DNA of 63,709 nucleotides, filler included, from Octopus bimaculoides (lineage: Eukaryota), in NCBI RefSeq assembly GCF_001194135.2. It is 5 parts of 4 records of this genome, joined end to end, with 100 filler letters (N's around TTAATTAATTAA, not from the genome) between each part and the next. Parts side by side here need not be neighbours in the genome. Positions count along the whole stretch, not along the records: positions 1 to 25,044 come from NC_068995.1; 4 more parts are not named here. One strand, given 5' to 3'. Positions 13,125 through 24,952 of this stretch are shown here, piece by piece. Below the pieces are notes generated by a model. The model was not told the origin of the DNA. It saw only the letters and a list, made by a program, of their open reading frames with translations, and made no database searches. Position numbers and translations under genes: made by a program. Within the stretch, counting starts at the first letter, position 1, and every line of letters starts with the position of its first letter.

Positions 13125-13235
13125 TATCTCTTATCTTTTGCTTGTTTCAGTCATTTTGATTGCAGCCATGTTGGGGGGTTCTGCCTTGAAGAATTTTTAG
13201 TTAAATGAATTAACCCCAGATTTTTTTTTTGAGGT
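13125..13235 (-). mobile_element. SINE family A 3' fragment
   Basis: cttgtttcagtcattttgattgcagccatgttgggg is the reverse complement of the family A tail (11150-11195). Confidence 0.65.
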
Positions 13236-13995
13236 TGGTGTTAATTCTAATAGGAGGGAACAATAAACAAAAAAATAAACAAAAAAAAAAAAGAAGCAAA
13301 AACAAAAACGAAGTAAACTGCTCCTGGCAATAATCAGTATTGATGATTTAATTAATCAATAAATTATATGCAGAAATACCTAAGTAATTTTAATTAACAA
13401 AACTCCAAACTTTCAGATTGAAAGAATTCAATACTTGTTAACAGATCATAAATTATTTAGAGAAAATAAACAAATTGAAGGGGAAAATATATATATATAT
13501 ATATAAAAATAACTATTGCAAAGCAACCACAAATTAAAGTAAGTTTTACTTATAATTAATTTGGCTAAAGAAAAAGAAAAACAAAAAAATTTATAAGAAA
13601 AAAACTTATGCAATAAAAAATTTGTGAAAGACAGTCTTGCAAACTGGCCATTAATTTTATAAAATTACTTGTGGAATAATAAAGAATTTGGCATTTAATC
13701 CTAAAAGAATACACAGAACAATGTTCCGCAAAGAGGATCATTACCTAGAAAGAATTGGTTTTGTTTTTTGGTTGGAGGGGTGGGGGTGGGGAGAAGGATT
13801 GGGAGGTTATGTATATAGCGTTTGACTAATGCTACATTTTAAATGGCCCCGGAGGGACGTGAGGCAAAGTTTGCCTCGATAGGATCTGAACTCGGGAAAT
13901 GACGGGTAAGAACTAATACCACAAGGTATCAAGGTATATTTCCTGCACCCAGCCCCCACCCACCAGTGCTCTAATGATTTTACCAATCTACTGCC

Positions 13996-14026
<31 letters not shown>

Positions 14027-14034
14027 CAATGCTG

Positions 14035-14065
<31 letters not shown>

Positions 14066-14074
14066 GTATCCTTT

Positions 14075-14957
14075 CAAGTAAAGACACAAGGCCTGAAATT
14101 TTAGGGGATGGGGTGGGGGTCTAGTCAATTATATCGACCCCCAGTGTTTTACTGGTATTTATTTCGTCGACGCCGAAAGGATGAAAGGCAAAGTCCCTCT
14201 CGGCAGCACTTGAACACAGAACATAAAGACATTTCGCATGATGTACTGATGGTTCTGGCAGCTTGGCACTTTAATAATGACTCTTTCTACTAAAGGCACA
14301 TCGACCCCAATATGCAACTGGTACTTAATTTATTGACCCTGAAAGGATGAAAGGCAAAGTTGACCTCGGTGGAATTTGAACTCGGAACATAAAGACATTT
14401 CACCTTGGTGTACTTCAATAATAATGACCCTTTCTACTAAAGGATGAAAAGCAAAGTCGGACATAAGGATGGACGAAATGCCACTAAGCATTTTTCCCAA
14501 TATGCTAACGATTCTGCCAGCTCAACGCCTTAAGGACAGAAATTTGAAGGGGAGAGGCAAGTCAGTTACAGTAACCTCAGTACTTGGCTGGTATTTTTTT
14601 CTATGAAGTTTGAGAGGATGAAAGGCAAAAGCTGACCCCAGCAGAATTAGAATTCGGAATAGACGCCACAAGACATTTCTTCAGACACTAGCGATTCTGC
14701 TAGGAGTTCATTGCTTTTTGAATAAAGGTTTCAAAATTTTAGCACAAGGCCAGGAATTCTAGGTGGGGCGGGGGTGGGGTGAGCAAGTTGATTTGATTAC
14801 ATCAACTCCATTGTTCAACTGGTACTTATTTTATCGACCCTGATAGGGGATGAAAGGCAAAGTTGACCTCGACAGAATTTGAACTCAGAACATAAAGACA
14901 GACAAAATGCCGCTAAGCATTGATTCAACCAGCTTTCTGCCTTATTCACTGCCTTAA
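14075..14957 (-). mobile_element. Cluster of about 5 whole or partial SINE family B copies (-)
   Basis: Family B core gaaaggatgaaaggcaaagt at about 14175, 14340, 14440, 14615 and 14845. Confidence 0.88.
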
Positions 14958-14997
14958 TAATAATAAAAACAATAATGATGATGATGATGATCATAAT

Positions 14998-15432
14998 AAT
15001 AATAAAGGCAAATAGACCAGATATAGTTGTCAAAGATCATGAAGAAAAAAAATGCTTTCTAATTGATGTATCAATACCAGCAGATGACGACGTCTCTCTA
15101 AAAGAAATGGAAAAACTTTCAAAATACAAAGACCTGGAAATAGAGGTAACTCGAATGTGGAATCTAAAAACAGAAACAATTCCTATTATAGTAGGTGCCT
15201 TAGGTATAATAAAAAAATATTCAGACAAATACATAACAAAAACACCAGGACTAAAAAATATAGAAAATTGCACTACTGGGCACAGCACACATCCTACGCA
15301 AAACACTTTCAATACAGTAACCATAAGAGCACCACAGCAAACCACAGCACATACCCAAGGCGCACAGAGCTGCGCTTGGTAGTGAAGTGAAAGCACGTTA
15401 TAAAAATAAAACTACTGAACAATAATAATAAT
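14998..15432 (+). mobile_element. 5'-truncated R2-group (R4/Dong-like) non-LTR retrotransposon: restriction-like endonuclease domain and 3' end
   Basis: Translation NRPDIVVKD...LIDVSIP...KEMEKLSKYKDLEIEVTRMW...PIIVGALG has the PD-D-K motif spacing of RLE-encoding LINEs. It ends in an (AAT)n tail and is flanked by AAT/GAT repeats. Confidence 0.85.
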
Positions 15433-16030
15433 CCTTTCTACTACAGGTACAAGGCCCAAAATTTTGTAGGGAGGGAAATCTACATTGACCACTGTGCAAA
15501 ACTGGTACATATTTCATTGACCTGCGAAAGGATGAAGGGCCAAAGTTAACTTCTGCAGAATTTGAACTCAGAACGTAAGGATGGACGAAATGCTCTAAAG
15601 CATTTCGTCCGGCATACTAACAATTCTGCCAGCTCTCTGCCTTAATAATCCTTTCTACTAAAGGCACAAGGTCTGAAATTGGGGGATGGGGTGAGAGACT
15701 AGTCGTTTACATCGACCCTCAGTGTTTCACTGGTACTTAATTCATCAAGCCGGAAAGGATGAAAGACAAAAGTCGACCTCAGCAGAATTTGAACTCAGAA
15801 CATAAAGAAGGACGAAATAGTGCTAAAACATTTCGCCCGGCGTGCTAACGAGTCTGCCAGCTCACTGTCTTAATAATAATAATAATAATAATAACCCTTT
15901 TTACTAAAGGCACAAGGCCTGAAATTTTGAGAGAAGAGGATAGTCAATTACATCGATCCCAGGACTCAACTGGTACTTAATTTACTGGCACACCTCTTAA
16001 CATTTCACCTGGCATGCTAATGATTCTACC
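15430..16030 (-). mobile_element. Head-to-tail cluster of 3 SINE family B copies (-)
   Basis: Tails cc(t)tttct(a)ct at 15432, 15650 and 15896, joined to the preceding heads by (AAT)n. Confidence 0.9.
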
Positions 16031-16374
16031 AGCAAACCTCATAATAATAATAATAATAATGATAATAATAATAATAATGATGATGATGATGATGATGGTT
16101 AATAAAAAAATGTCCTGTAAATCTTAAAAAAAAAATTCCCGGAAAACAGGGGAACATGTAGGTCCCTTACTGAAGACCATCGTCTAATTTTTACTTATGT
16201 TGCCAAAAGGGGGAGGGATTAGTGGTATAGGAACAACCCACCCCATTCTAACCTATCCCTTCTTCTTCTTCTTCTTCAGGTAGGCAGCTTCTGAAGGGTC
16301 AGTAAATTGAAATTATGAAGACTGATTTGATATGAACCAGTATAACACGTTTCAATATTGTAGGTTTGTCTCCC

Positions 16375-16410
<36 letters not shown>

Positions 16411-17329
16411 ACATACACAGACAAGTCTACCTCACTAGCACATGCATTCTTTCTCTCTCTCTCTTTCTTTCTCACTCTGTGGTATTTTATAATATATTTT
16501 TATATTGTTTATTTTTAATTTTACTGTTAATATCATTAATAATTACAAATTTTGATGAAATTCAATTTCTGACCGAGATCACATATGGTGATGTGGCATT
16601 TTCAAAAAAAAAAAAAAAAGATAAATAAATAAATAAAATAAAAATAAAGCAAAAAATAAACAAACAAAAAAGATTTTTTTTTTAAATTTAGAAAAAAACA
16701 AAAACAAAAGACTTTCAGAGCAATTATAAGGAAACTGCTGACAAACTTCCAAGAACTGCCCCAGGTCACAGAGAAATAGTTCTGAAATGATGCACAGAAA
16801 GAAGTAGTGCCCTAATGTGCATGTGAGAGTGTGTGTATGTGTGTGTGTGTGATACTACAGCAATGCGTTGCAGAGAGTGTGGTGTTTAACAAGGGTAAGT
16901 GGGGTTTGTGATGGTTCCATGTTGTTGACCAAGCAAACCTATGATCGAAGACAATCCAGCCATGATTGTCCTGGCTTTCTTACGACAACATCAACCAATG
17001 AGTCCTTCCTTGCTTTAAGTAGTAAAGCATAAAACAAAAGAGAGAGAGAGAGAAAGAAAGAGAGATTTTAGCTGTAATTTTTAGCAGGTTGAGCAGCCAT
17101 GTAAACGCAACGATAGCTTTGTAGGTGGAAACAAAAGACTATGATGGACTGAATACAGGATAACCAAAATAAGGATATGAAAGAGAGAACTTCTAAATAA
17201 AGGATGGAGTGGTATTTTAGTGTAGTTGTGATGGAACAGTGGCATGTTGAGAAGTGTTTTCAGAATGACGTGAAGTGAGTGTGTCTCTAACGAGAGTAAA
17301 TTCTATTTTCAGTGACGTATCCGTGTATT

Positions 17330-17675
17330 ACAGACAGGAGTACTTTTATTAAGTTCGTAACACTGACAGGAGTACTTTCAGAATGAATGTATGGTATATG
17401 ACATTTGAGAGGAGTATTTCCATATTCAGCATCTTGTCTCTGTTTCATGGAAAGGAGTGCTTTCAGAATGAATGACTGGTGTATGACATAGACAGGAGTA
17501 CTTCCATATTCAGCATCTTGTCCCTGTGTCACGGACAGGAGTACTTTCAGAATGAACGTATGGTATACGACACTGAGAAGAGTATTTCCATATTTTGTTT
17601 CTTGTCCCTGTGTCACGGACAAGAGTACTTTTAAAATGAATGACTGGTGTATGACATAGGCAAGAGTACTTTTGT
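17330..17675. repeat. Hierarchical minisatellite: about 42-bp subunits, 84-85-bp units, alternating 169-bp higher-order repeat
   Basis: Units start at 17365, 17450, 17534 and 17618 (g(a)caggagtactttcagaatgaa). Unit 1 resembles unit 3 and unit 2 resembles unit 4. Confidence 0.9.
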
Positions 17676-18000
17676 AAAGAACGACTGATGTACGTTGCTA
17701 ACAGCAGCACTTTCATTTTCAGTGTCCAGTCATTGCACCACCGACAAGAGGAATACTGTCATTACGGATATCTGAGTCCATATGTTGCCGACAACCTCCC
17801 CCACTCATCCAAAGTTCTCCTTCTCCTAGCCTCCACTGCAGCCTACCCGACTATAATGAAGTAGGAAGGCGGTTAGGTAGCCATAGTTCTGTATTAGTTT
17901 GATCCATGGAAAGAAATAAGGATTACAGGGTTGCATTAGTGAGAATTAAGAGGACTACTGATGGCATTTTGGTTACCCTTACAAGGGGTAACAATGACCG

Positions 18001-18035
<35 letters not shown>

Positions 18036-18535
18036 AGTATCTGCATTATAAATGTATTGATTTACGGGTAATTGGTTAATGTCGATTAATGAATAATTTC
18101 ACGTATTGTAGGTGAGGAGAATAAAGGAAGGAGGTCAAACGTATATTTTGACCAAGATATTGGTCGTGCATGTGATGGTAACGTTATTNNNNNNNNNNNN
18201 NNNNNNNNNNNNNNNNNNNNNNNNNNNNNNNNNNNNNNNNNNNNNNNNNNNNNNNNNNNNNNNNNNNNNNNNNNNNNNNNNNNNNNNNNNNNNNNNNNNN
18301 NNNNNNNNNNNNNNNNNNNNNNNNNNNNNNNNNNNNNNNNNNNNNNNNNNNNNNNNNNNNNNNNNNNNNNNNNNNNNNNNNNNNNNNNNNNNNNNNNNCC
18401 ATATGGTGGTTGTAGATCTAAATGGTTGGCGTACAGAGAATGGAGAGAATGTAAGGAAAATGGGGTATAAAAGACAAAAAAAAGAAAGGAATGGAAATAG
18501 TTATGAAAATCCTACATCACATGTGTGTGTACGTA

Positions 18536-18578
<43 letters not shown>

Positions 18579-20201
18579 ATGCGCACATACAAGTGTATGA
18601 ATGCAAATGTGTGTATATACATATATGAATGTATAGACACCCATATATGCACATATGCATACACAAACACGGATGCACACAGAGAAGGGTGTCTCAATAC
18701 ATGTCTGTTTTAAATATAACAAACATGTGTGGGGGTTTAAAGAATAAAGCTGTCTGAATGAGGGAGCAAAGCTGGATTTGAAAGGCACAAAGCCCACCTA
18801 CACATGTCAGCATAATAGAATCATACATACATACATACATGCATATCATCTGTCTGTGGAAAAGTTAAGCTGTGATGTTCATGCCTTTCTCAAGGCGTCA
18901 CCAAGTTAAGTTAAATAAGCTACAACCGGGGATAATGAAAAAGTGTGTGAGCGTGTGTGTGCATATATAGAAATATATATACATATATATTAATATATAC
19001 ATATATATATATATATCAATATATACACATACATATATATATATATATATATAAAAATTAGTATATACATACATACATACATACATACGTGTGTGTATAT
19101 ATGTGAATATATATAAATATATTCAGACACACATATATACATACGCGTGTGTATATATGTGAATATATATAAATATATACAGACACACATATATACATAT
19201 ATATTATATATNNNNNNNNNNNNNNNNNNNNNNNNNNNNNNNNNNNNNNNNNNNNNNNNNNNNNNNNNNNNNNNNNNNNNNNNNNNNNNNNNNNNNNNNN
19301 NNNNNNNNNNNNNNNNNNNNNNNNNNNNNNNNNNNNNNNNNNNNNNNNNNNNNNNNNNNNNNNNNNNNNNNNNNNNNNNNNNNNNNNNNNNNNNNNNNNN
19401 NNNNNNNNNNNNNNNNNNNNNNNNNNNNNNNNNNNNNNNNNNNNNNNNNNNNNNNNNNNNNNNNNNNNNNNNNNNNNNNNNNNNNNNNNNNNNNNNNNNN
19501 NNNNNNNNNNNNNNNNNNNNNNNNNNNNNNNNNNNNNNNNNNNNNNNNNNNNNNNNNNNNNNNNNNNNNNNNNNNNNNNNNNNNNNNNNNNNNNNNNNNN
19601 NNNNNNNNNNNNNNNNNNNNNNNNNNNNNNNNNNNNNNNNNNNNNNNNNNNNNNNNNNNNNNNNNNNNNNNNNNNNNNNNNNNNNNNNNNNNNNNNNNNN
19701 NNNNNNNNNNNNNNNNNNNNNNNNNNNNNNNNNNNNNNNNNNNNNNNNNNNNNNNNNNNNNNNNNNNNNNNNNNNNNNNNNNNNNNNNNNNNNNNNNNNN
19801 NNNNNNNNNNNNNNNNNNNNNNNNNNNNNNNNNNNNNNNNNNNNNNNNNNNNNNNNNNNNNNNNNNNNNNNNNNNNNNNNNNNNNNNNNNNNNNNNNNNN
19901 NNNNNNNNNNNNNNNNNNNNNNNNNNNNNNNNNNNNNNNNNNNNNNNNNNNNNNNNNNNNNNNNNNNNNNNNNNNNNNNNNNNNNNNNNNNNNNNNNNNN
20001 NNNNNNNNNNNNNNNNNNNNNNNNNNNNNNNNNNNNNNNNNNNNNNNNNNNNNNNNNNNNNNNNNNNNNNNNNNNNNNNNNNNNNNNNNNNNNNNNNNNN
20101 NNNNNNNNNNNNNNNNNNNNNNNNNNNNNNNNNNNNNNNNNNNNNNNNNNNNNNNNNNNNNNNNNNNNNNNNNNNNNNNNNNNNNNNNNNNNNNNNNNNN
20201 N

Positions 20202-20865
20202 CTGCTGCTGCATTGCCGCCGATCATGTTCTGGTGGCGGTGGCCCTGGTAGATGCCGAGGAGGTGGCCACTAGAGTGGCACGGATGGGACGCAGAGTTCG
20301 CCATGTTGCCTCCACCACCTCGATACAGATATTTATTGTTGTTGTTGCTGTTGTTGTTGTTTTGGTGATTGCTGTGATGGTGGCTGCTGTTGCCGATGCT
20401 GCTGCCGCTGGTGTTGCCGTAGTTACCATTTCCGTGTTTGTTGCTATAGTGATGACTAGCAGAAGAAGAAGAAGCACTTTTGCCACCACCACCACCACCT
20501 TTCAGCATGTTTCCATTACCAGACATGCCAAAGTTGTGCGGGCCGAGGTACTGGTTGATGTTGTTGCTCTGTTTCGAGCCGGCAACCAAGCCCTTCGCGT
20601 TCATCGGCCCACCTTGGAAAGGGTTTGAGAAGATGTCTCCACCAGTGAGATTATAAGCTCCAGGCTCAGGGCAACCATTGAGGCCAGCGGAGAGTGTCAG
20701 AGCAGTATTCGGCAAGTTGTTTGCCTGCGTATACAGTGGTTTGTTGCTAGTGTGGTGGCTGCTGTTCTCCAAACTGCTCTTCGTTATTGGCCGCTTCTGG
20801 TTGTAGTGAGGACCTAATTTATCCCACTGTTTTAGTAGAGTCTCACCAACAAATGGCTCGATTTC
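20202..20865 (-). CDS. Internal or last coding exon (3' end lost in gap) of an unidentified gene; EIEPFVGETLLKQWDK followed by N/G/S/H-rich low-complexity sequence
   Basis: Strong acceptor (T)n-cttcttttcaacAG at 20867/20866. About 221 stop-free codons that are not a simple microsatellite. Phase 0, joining in frame to the 24953-25044 exon. Confidence 0.85.
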
Positions 20866-20946
20866 CTGTTGAAAAGAAGAAAAAAAAAAAAAAAAAATGA
20901 GAGAATTAGAATTTATGCATTTGTTCATGACATGTGTGTGTGTGTG

Positions 20947-21450
20947 TGATCATCATCATTTAATATCCGTGTTCCATGCTAAGCATGGGTGGGATGGTAC
21001 CACAAGAGCCGGCCAGGCTGAAGACTGCACCAAACTTCTGTGACCGTTTTGGCAGGATTTTTTACAGCTGGATGCCCTTCCTAACACCAACCACTCAGCA
21101 GAGTGGACTTTGTGCTTTTTGCATGTTACAAGCACAGGCGAGGTGAGTAGTGCCTTTTACGTGGCACAAGCACAGGTGAGGTCAGTTTTGGCATGAGGCC
21201 CGTTCAAAAGGAACTCAATCACCTCACCTCAATGAGGCCCAACACTGGATAAGAACTCAGCCACTTTGCCTCCATGCGGCCCAGGCGCTCTGCCACTTCG
21301 CCTCCATGAGGCCCAACACTCTAAAGGAACAATTTGCCTCTGTGAGGTCCAACGTTCAAACGTTGATTTTTTTTTTCGATTTTTTTACATGCCACCTGTA
21401 CAGGTGCACTTGGCTTGATGGGTCCTCTTAAGCACAGCACATTGCCAAAG
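20947..21450 (-). mobile_element. SINE family C copy with internal ~40-bp repeats
   Basis: (CAT)n-ttaatatccgtgttccatgctaagcatggg tail and ttttacagctggatgcccttcc core. cctccatgaggcccaacact-like units are repeated at 21225-21350. Confidence 0.8.
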
Positions 21451-21484
21451 GTCTCAGTGAGCAATTCAAATAAAATAAACAGAA

Positions 21485-21685
21485 TCATTAGCATGGTGGG
21501 CAAAACGCTTAGCAGCATTTCATCTGTCTCATGTTCTGAGTTAAAATTCTACCAAGGTTGACTTTGCCCTTCGTCCTTTCAGGGTCACTAAAATAAGCAC
21601 CATTTGAGCTCTGGGGTTGATGTAATCAACATAACCCCTCCCCTGTAACTGCTGGTCTTGTGCCAAAATTTGAAATGAATATTGA
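21485..21685 (+). mobile_element. SINE family B copy
   Basis: ttagcatggtgggcaaaacgcttagc...gagttaaaattct..aggttgactttgccc...gtcttgtgccaaaatttgaa. Confidence 0.85.
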
Positions 21686-22434
21686 GTAAACAGGGCTGAA
21701 GTAGACCAATTTGTGCTTTCTTTCATTCTTTACAAGACAATTCCATTTTCCTCGCTGAATTTCAATTAACGAACTCTATAAAAACTAGTGATTGAAAGAA
21801 CGCACTTATGTGTACACATATCTTTAGTAGGGGGCTAAGTTTTGGTTTCTGAGTATAATCTCATTCTAGTTTATGCGTCTGTTTGTTCATTCATACAAGA
21901 ATACACACTCACAGAATCAGAATTGCTTTCATACTGTTAAAAACTCTTATAATAATCTTGCCAAGTTTGTACGAAATCTTTAACCTTAGTGTATGAAAGC
22001 AACAATTTCTCAATTACCACCAACACAACCGCTACACTACTACCATGGCTGCTATTAATACTAACCTGACAATCACGGCTCACTTGTATCCTCTTGTTGT
22101 CGTTCCAAGGGTTTGAAAGATGCTGGACATTGTGGAAGGGAATGTTTCCCCTGAAATTATACATATATATATATATATATATAAAAATACTCATGGCAGA
22201 ACCAAACAATCATTATATTAATATTTATTGTATATTAGGCATGGCCTAGCTGTAGTCTTTTAAGAAGGACTAGACCTCCAACCATAACATACAAAAGGTT
22301 TCCCCACATCAAAAGAGAAGAAAACATAAGAATGTTCAGCACCTATACTTTAATATCCACTTTTTCCCTTACTTTGCTGATGTAGGTTGGATGGACTTGC
22401 TGTGCAGTGGACTGTCACTTGCTTCAGACTTCTG

Positions 22435-22540
22435 TCATCATCATCAATTAAAACCTGCTTTCCATGCTGGCATGGGTTGGACGGTTTGATAGGAGCTGGT
22501 TAGGCAGAAGACTGTACCAGGTTTCAGGGTCTGTTTTGGC
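22435..22540 (-). mobile_element. SINE family C 3' fragment
   Basis: tcatcatcatcaattaaaacctgctttccatgctggcatgggttggacgg. Confidence 0.75.
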
Positions 22541-22809
22541 GTATGAAGCTCAGTCTCTTGAGCCCTAACCTTTCTACTTCTGCTCATGTCTTTCTTTGCC
22601 ATATCTACTTTCCACCATTAATGCAGACCAGGCACTACCATTCCTCCACTACTCATTGTCTATTCATAGCCATTCAAGTGCAGACATCTACCTTTCAGCC
22701 TTTGATTGCTGTCTCTAATGCCTAGCTGTTCTCTCAGCTCAGTTGAACTCCATCTTTCATAAAGCTAACATCTCACACCAGTTTGTAAAATCAATTACTC
22801 AATTCCAGA

Positions 22810-22985
22810 CACAGGTGTGGTTGCGTGGTAAGAAGTCTGTTTTCCAATCACATGCTTTCAGGCTCAGTCCCACTGTGTGGCATCTTGAGCAAGTGTTTTC
22901 TACTATAAGCTAAATCTGATGAAACTTTGTGAGTGGACTAAGAAGAAGGAAACTGAGAAAGACACCCAGTGTGTGTGTGTGTGTA
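22810..22985 (+). mobile_element. SINE family A 5' half
   Basis: gtgtggttgcgtggtaagaag...tcagtcccactgtgtggcatcttgagcaagtgttttctactata...(TG)n. Confidence 0.75.
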
Positions 22986-23224
22986 TCAGAAGCAATGAGG
23001 ATAGACAGAACTGATGAGTCAGCGATTAACAGGTAAAACTAGCTTAGTCCAGCTTTGCTCATGAGTGGTTATCTCCCTTAGCAGTGTGTCCATATATATG
23101 CACTTATGCAACTTTAAGGCTTTTAACTCCTATTTCTAGCAATACAGGTGCTATTCAGCCCCCTCAGTCACAATTAGTGATGATTAAACGTTTTCTTTAT
23201 GGTTTTATATTGCACATAGCTGTC

Positions 23225-23258
<34 letters not shown>

Positions 23259-23290
23259 TGTGTGTGCATACAGATACATGTGTTATTATT

Positions 23291-23638
23291 AAGGCGGCGA
23301 GCTGGCAGAAACGTTAGCACGCCGGGCGAAATGCTTAGCGGTATTTCATCTGCCACTACGTTCTGAGTTCAAATTCTGCCGAGGTCAACTTTGCCTTTCA
23401 TCCTTTCGGGGTTGATTAAATAAGTACCAGTTACGCACTGAGGTCGATATAATCNNNNNNNNNNNNNNNNNCTACGTTCTGAGTTCAAATTCTGCCGAGG
23501 TCAACTTTGCCTTTCATCCTTTCGGGGTTGATTAAATTAGTACCAGTTACGCACTGAGGTCGATATAATCGACTTAATCCGTTTGTCCTTGTTTGTCCCC
23601 CCTGTGTGTAGCCCCTTGTGGGCAGTAAAGAAATAAGA
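23291..23638 (+). mobile_element. Young SINE family B monomer with tail type 2 (contains an assembly duplication)
   Basis: A-box tggcagaaacg, B-box gagttcaaattc and core aggtcaactttgcctttcatcctttcggggttgattaaataagtaccag. Tail gacttaatccgtttgtcc...gtgggcagtaaagaaataaga. CpGs are retained. Confidence 0.92.
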
Positions 23639-24952
23639 TACATGTGTCATTATAATCAAAAGACACATCGCTCATGCGATGTTCTTATTGGCATTTCTCT
23701 TGTCAATAAAGTGCCTTCTTGCTTTGTGCCTCCAGAGCCTTGTGGAATAAGAGATCCCTTACTCGAAAAACAGGTAAAACTTGGCCCAAGGAAGGGCATC
23801 ATCCAGCTGTTAAAAAAAACAAAAAACAATTTCCCTTGGTGACATATTCCTCTAACCTTGTTAACATGGAAAAAAAGGATGTAAAACAGATGAACGAAAA
23901 TAAGAGTTGCATCTTACCTTTTCAACCAGTCAACTGTGCAAGTAGCACCTAGACCTGGCATAGAATACTCTGCACTTCGATCTTTGCTAAATGTAGATAA
24001 CATTTTAGCATAACCTTGGAAACAGCCACTTCCTTGGATTGAGAATATCAAGTAGACCGTTTTGCCATCCTGAAATGAAAATTACTGTTGTAAGATGGCA
24101 CCCACATTTTTACGAAATTAACCCCCCCCCCTCTTTCCCTCACCCCTGATCCAATATCTGTAGTCTCTCTCATACTCACCTGAAAAGAAAAATCAAACAG
24201 CGTTTCAACTCTGTGTGAGTATATGTAAGTGTATGTGTGTGCATGTACAAGGGAAGTATGTGATTGTGTGTATGTGTGAACCAGCATTCTTTCAGTAACA
24301 AACGATGATCGAAGTCACATCTCAAAAGACAACCACTTGACAACATTGACAAGTGTATTAATTGGATTTACCATCCATATTCATATATAAAATACTACAA
24401 TTAGCTGCCGTTTCTGACGGCACAGGGTCAGCTAGTAAGAATGATAATGCAAAAACACCTCGTAGGCTGTGACAGTCAACGAAATAGAGATAAGATTTTA
24501 ATGTTTATTCTTTCATCATGGCATAGTACTCTGGCCCACAGCCCGGTGGTGGGGACACTGGCTTTAACTAACACAGCTGAAATAAATACCAGCAGGTACT
24601 GGAAGTAGTTTTTCCACTGATACAGGTAAGGAAAAAAAAAAAAAAAAAAAATAGTGGTGGCAGTGGTGGTGATGCTACTGACAATGATGATGATGGTGGC
24701 AGCAGTGGCGGTGGTGGTCGTGGTAATGATGATGGTGATGATGATGATGATGACTGTTATGAAACCGATTACAAGAGGCAATGGGAGACTTAAAACCAAT
24801 AAAACAGAAGAGAAGAAATTAAATGATGATAGCAATGACGATGATGATGATGATGATGGTGATGACGATGACTGCGATGAAGCTGATAGCAAGAGACAAC
24901 AGGAGACTGAAAACCAAGAAATGAGAAGTTAAAAAAAATCCGAAACCCCCAC

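Noticed and set aside
13777-13803. G-quadruplex motif
   Set aside because: It matches the pattern, but it is isolated and has no functional context. G-runs are common in the local SINE spacers.
17330-17675. CRISPR-like repeat/spacer appearance
   Set aside because: The apparent spacers are homologous to each other, the context is eukaryotic and there are no cas genes. It is a minisatellite.
19086-19200. About 55-bp direct repeat
   Set aside because: It is a duplicated compound TA/TG microsatellite next to a gap, so either trivial or artefactual.
23356-23570. 99-bp direct duplication inside a SINE B
   Set aside because: The two copies (1 mismatch) flank a 17-N gap, which is typical of unmerged contig overlap. 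It is an assembly artefact.
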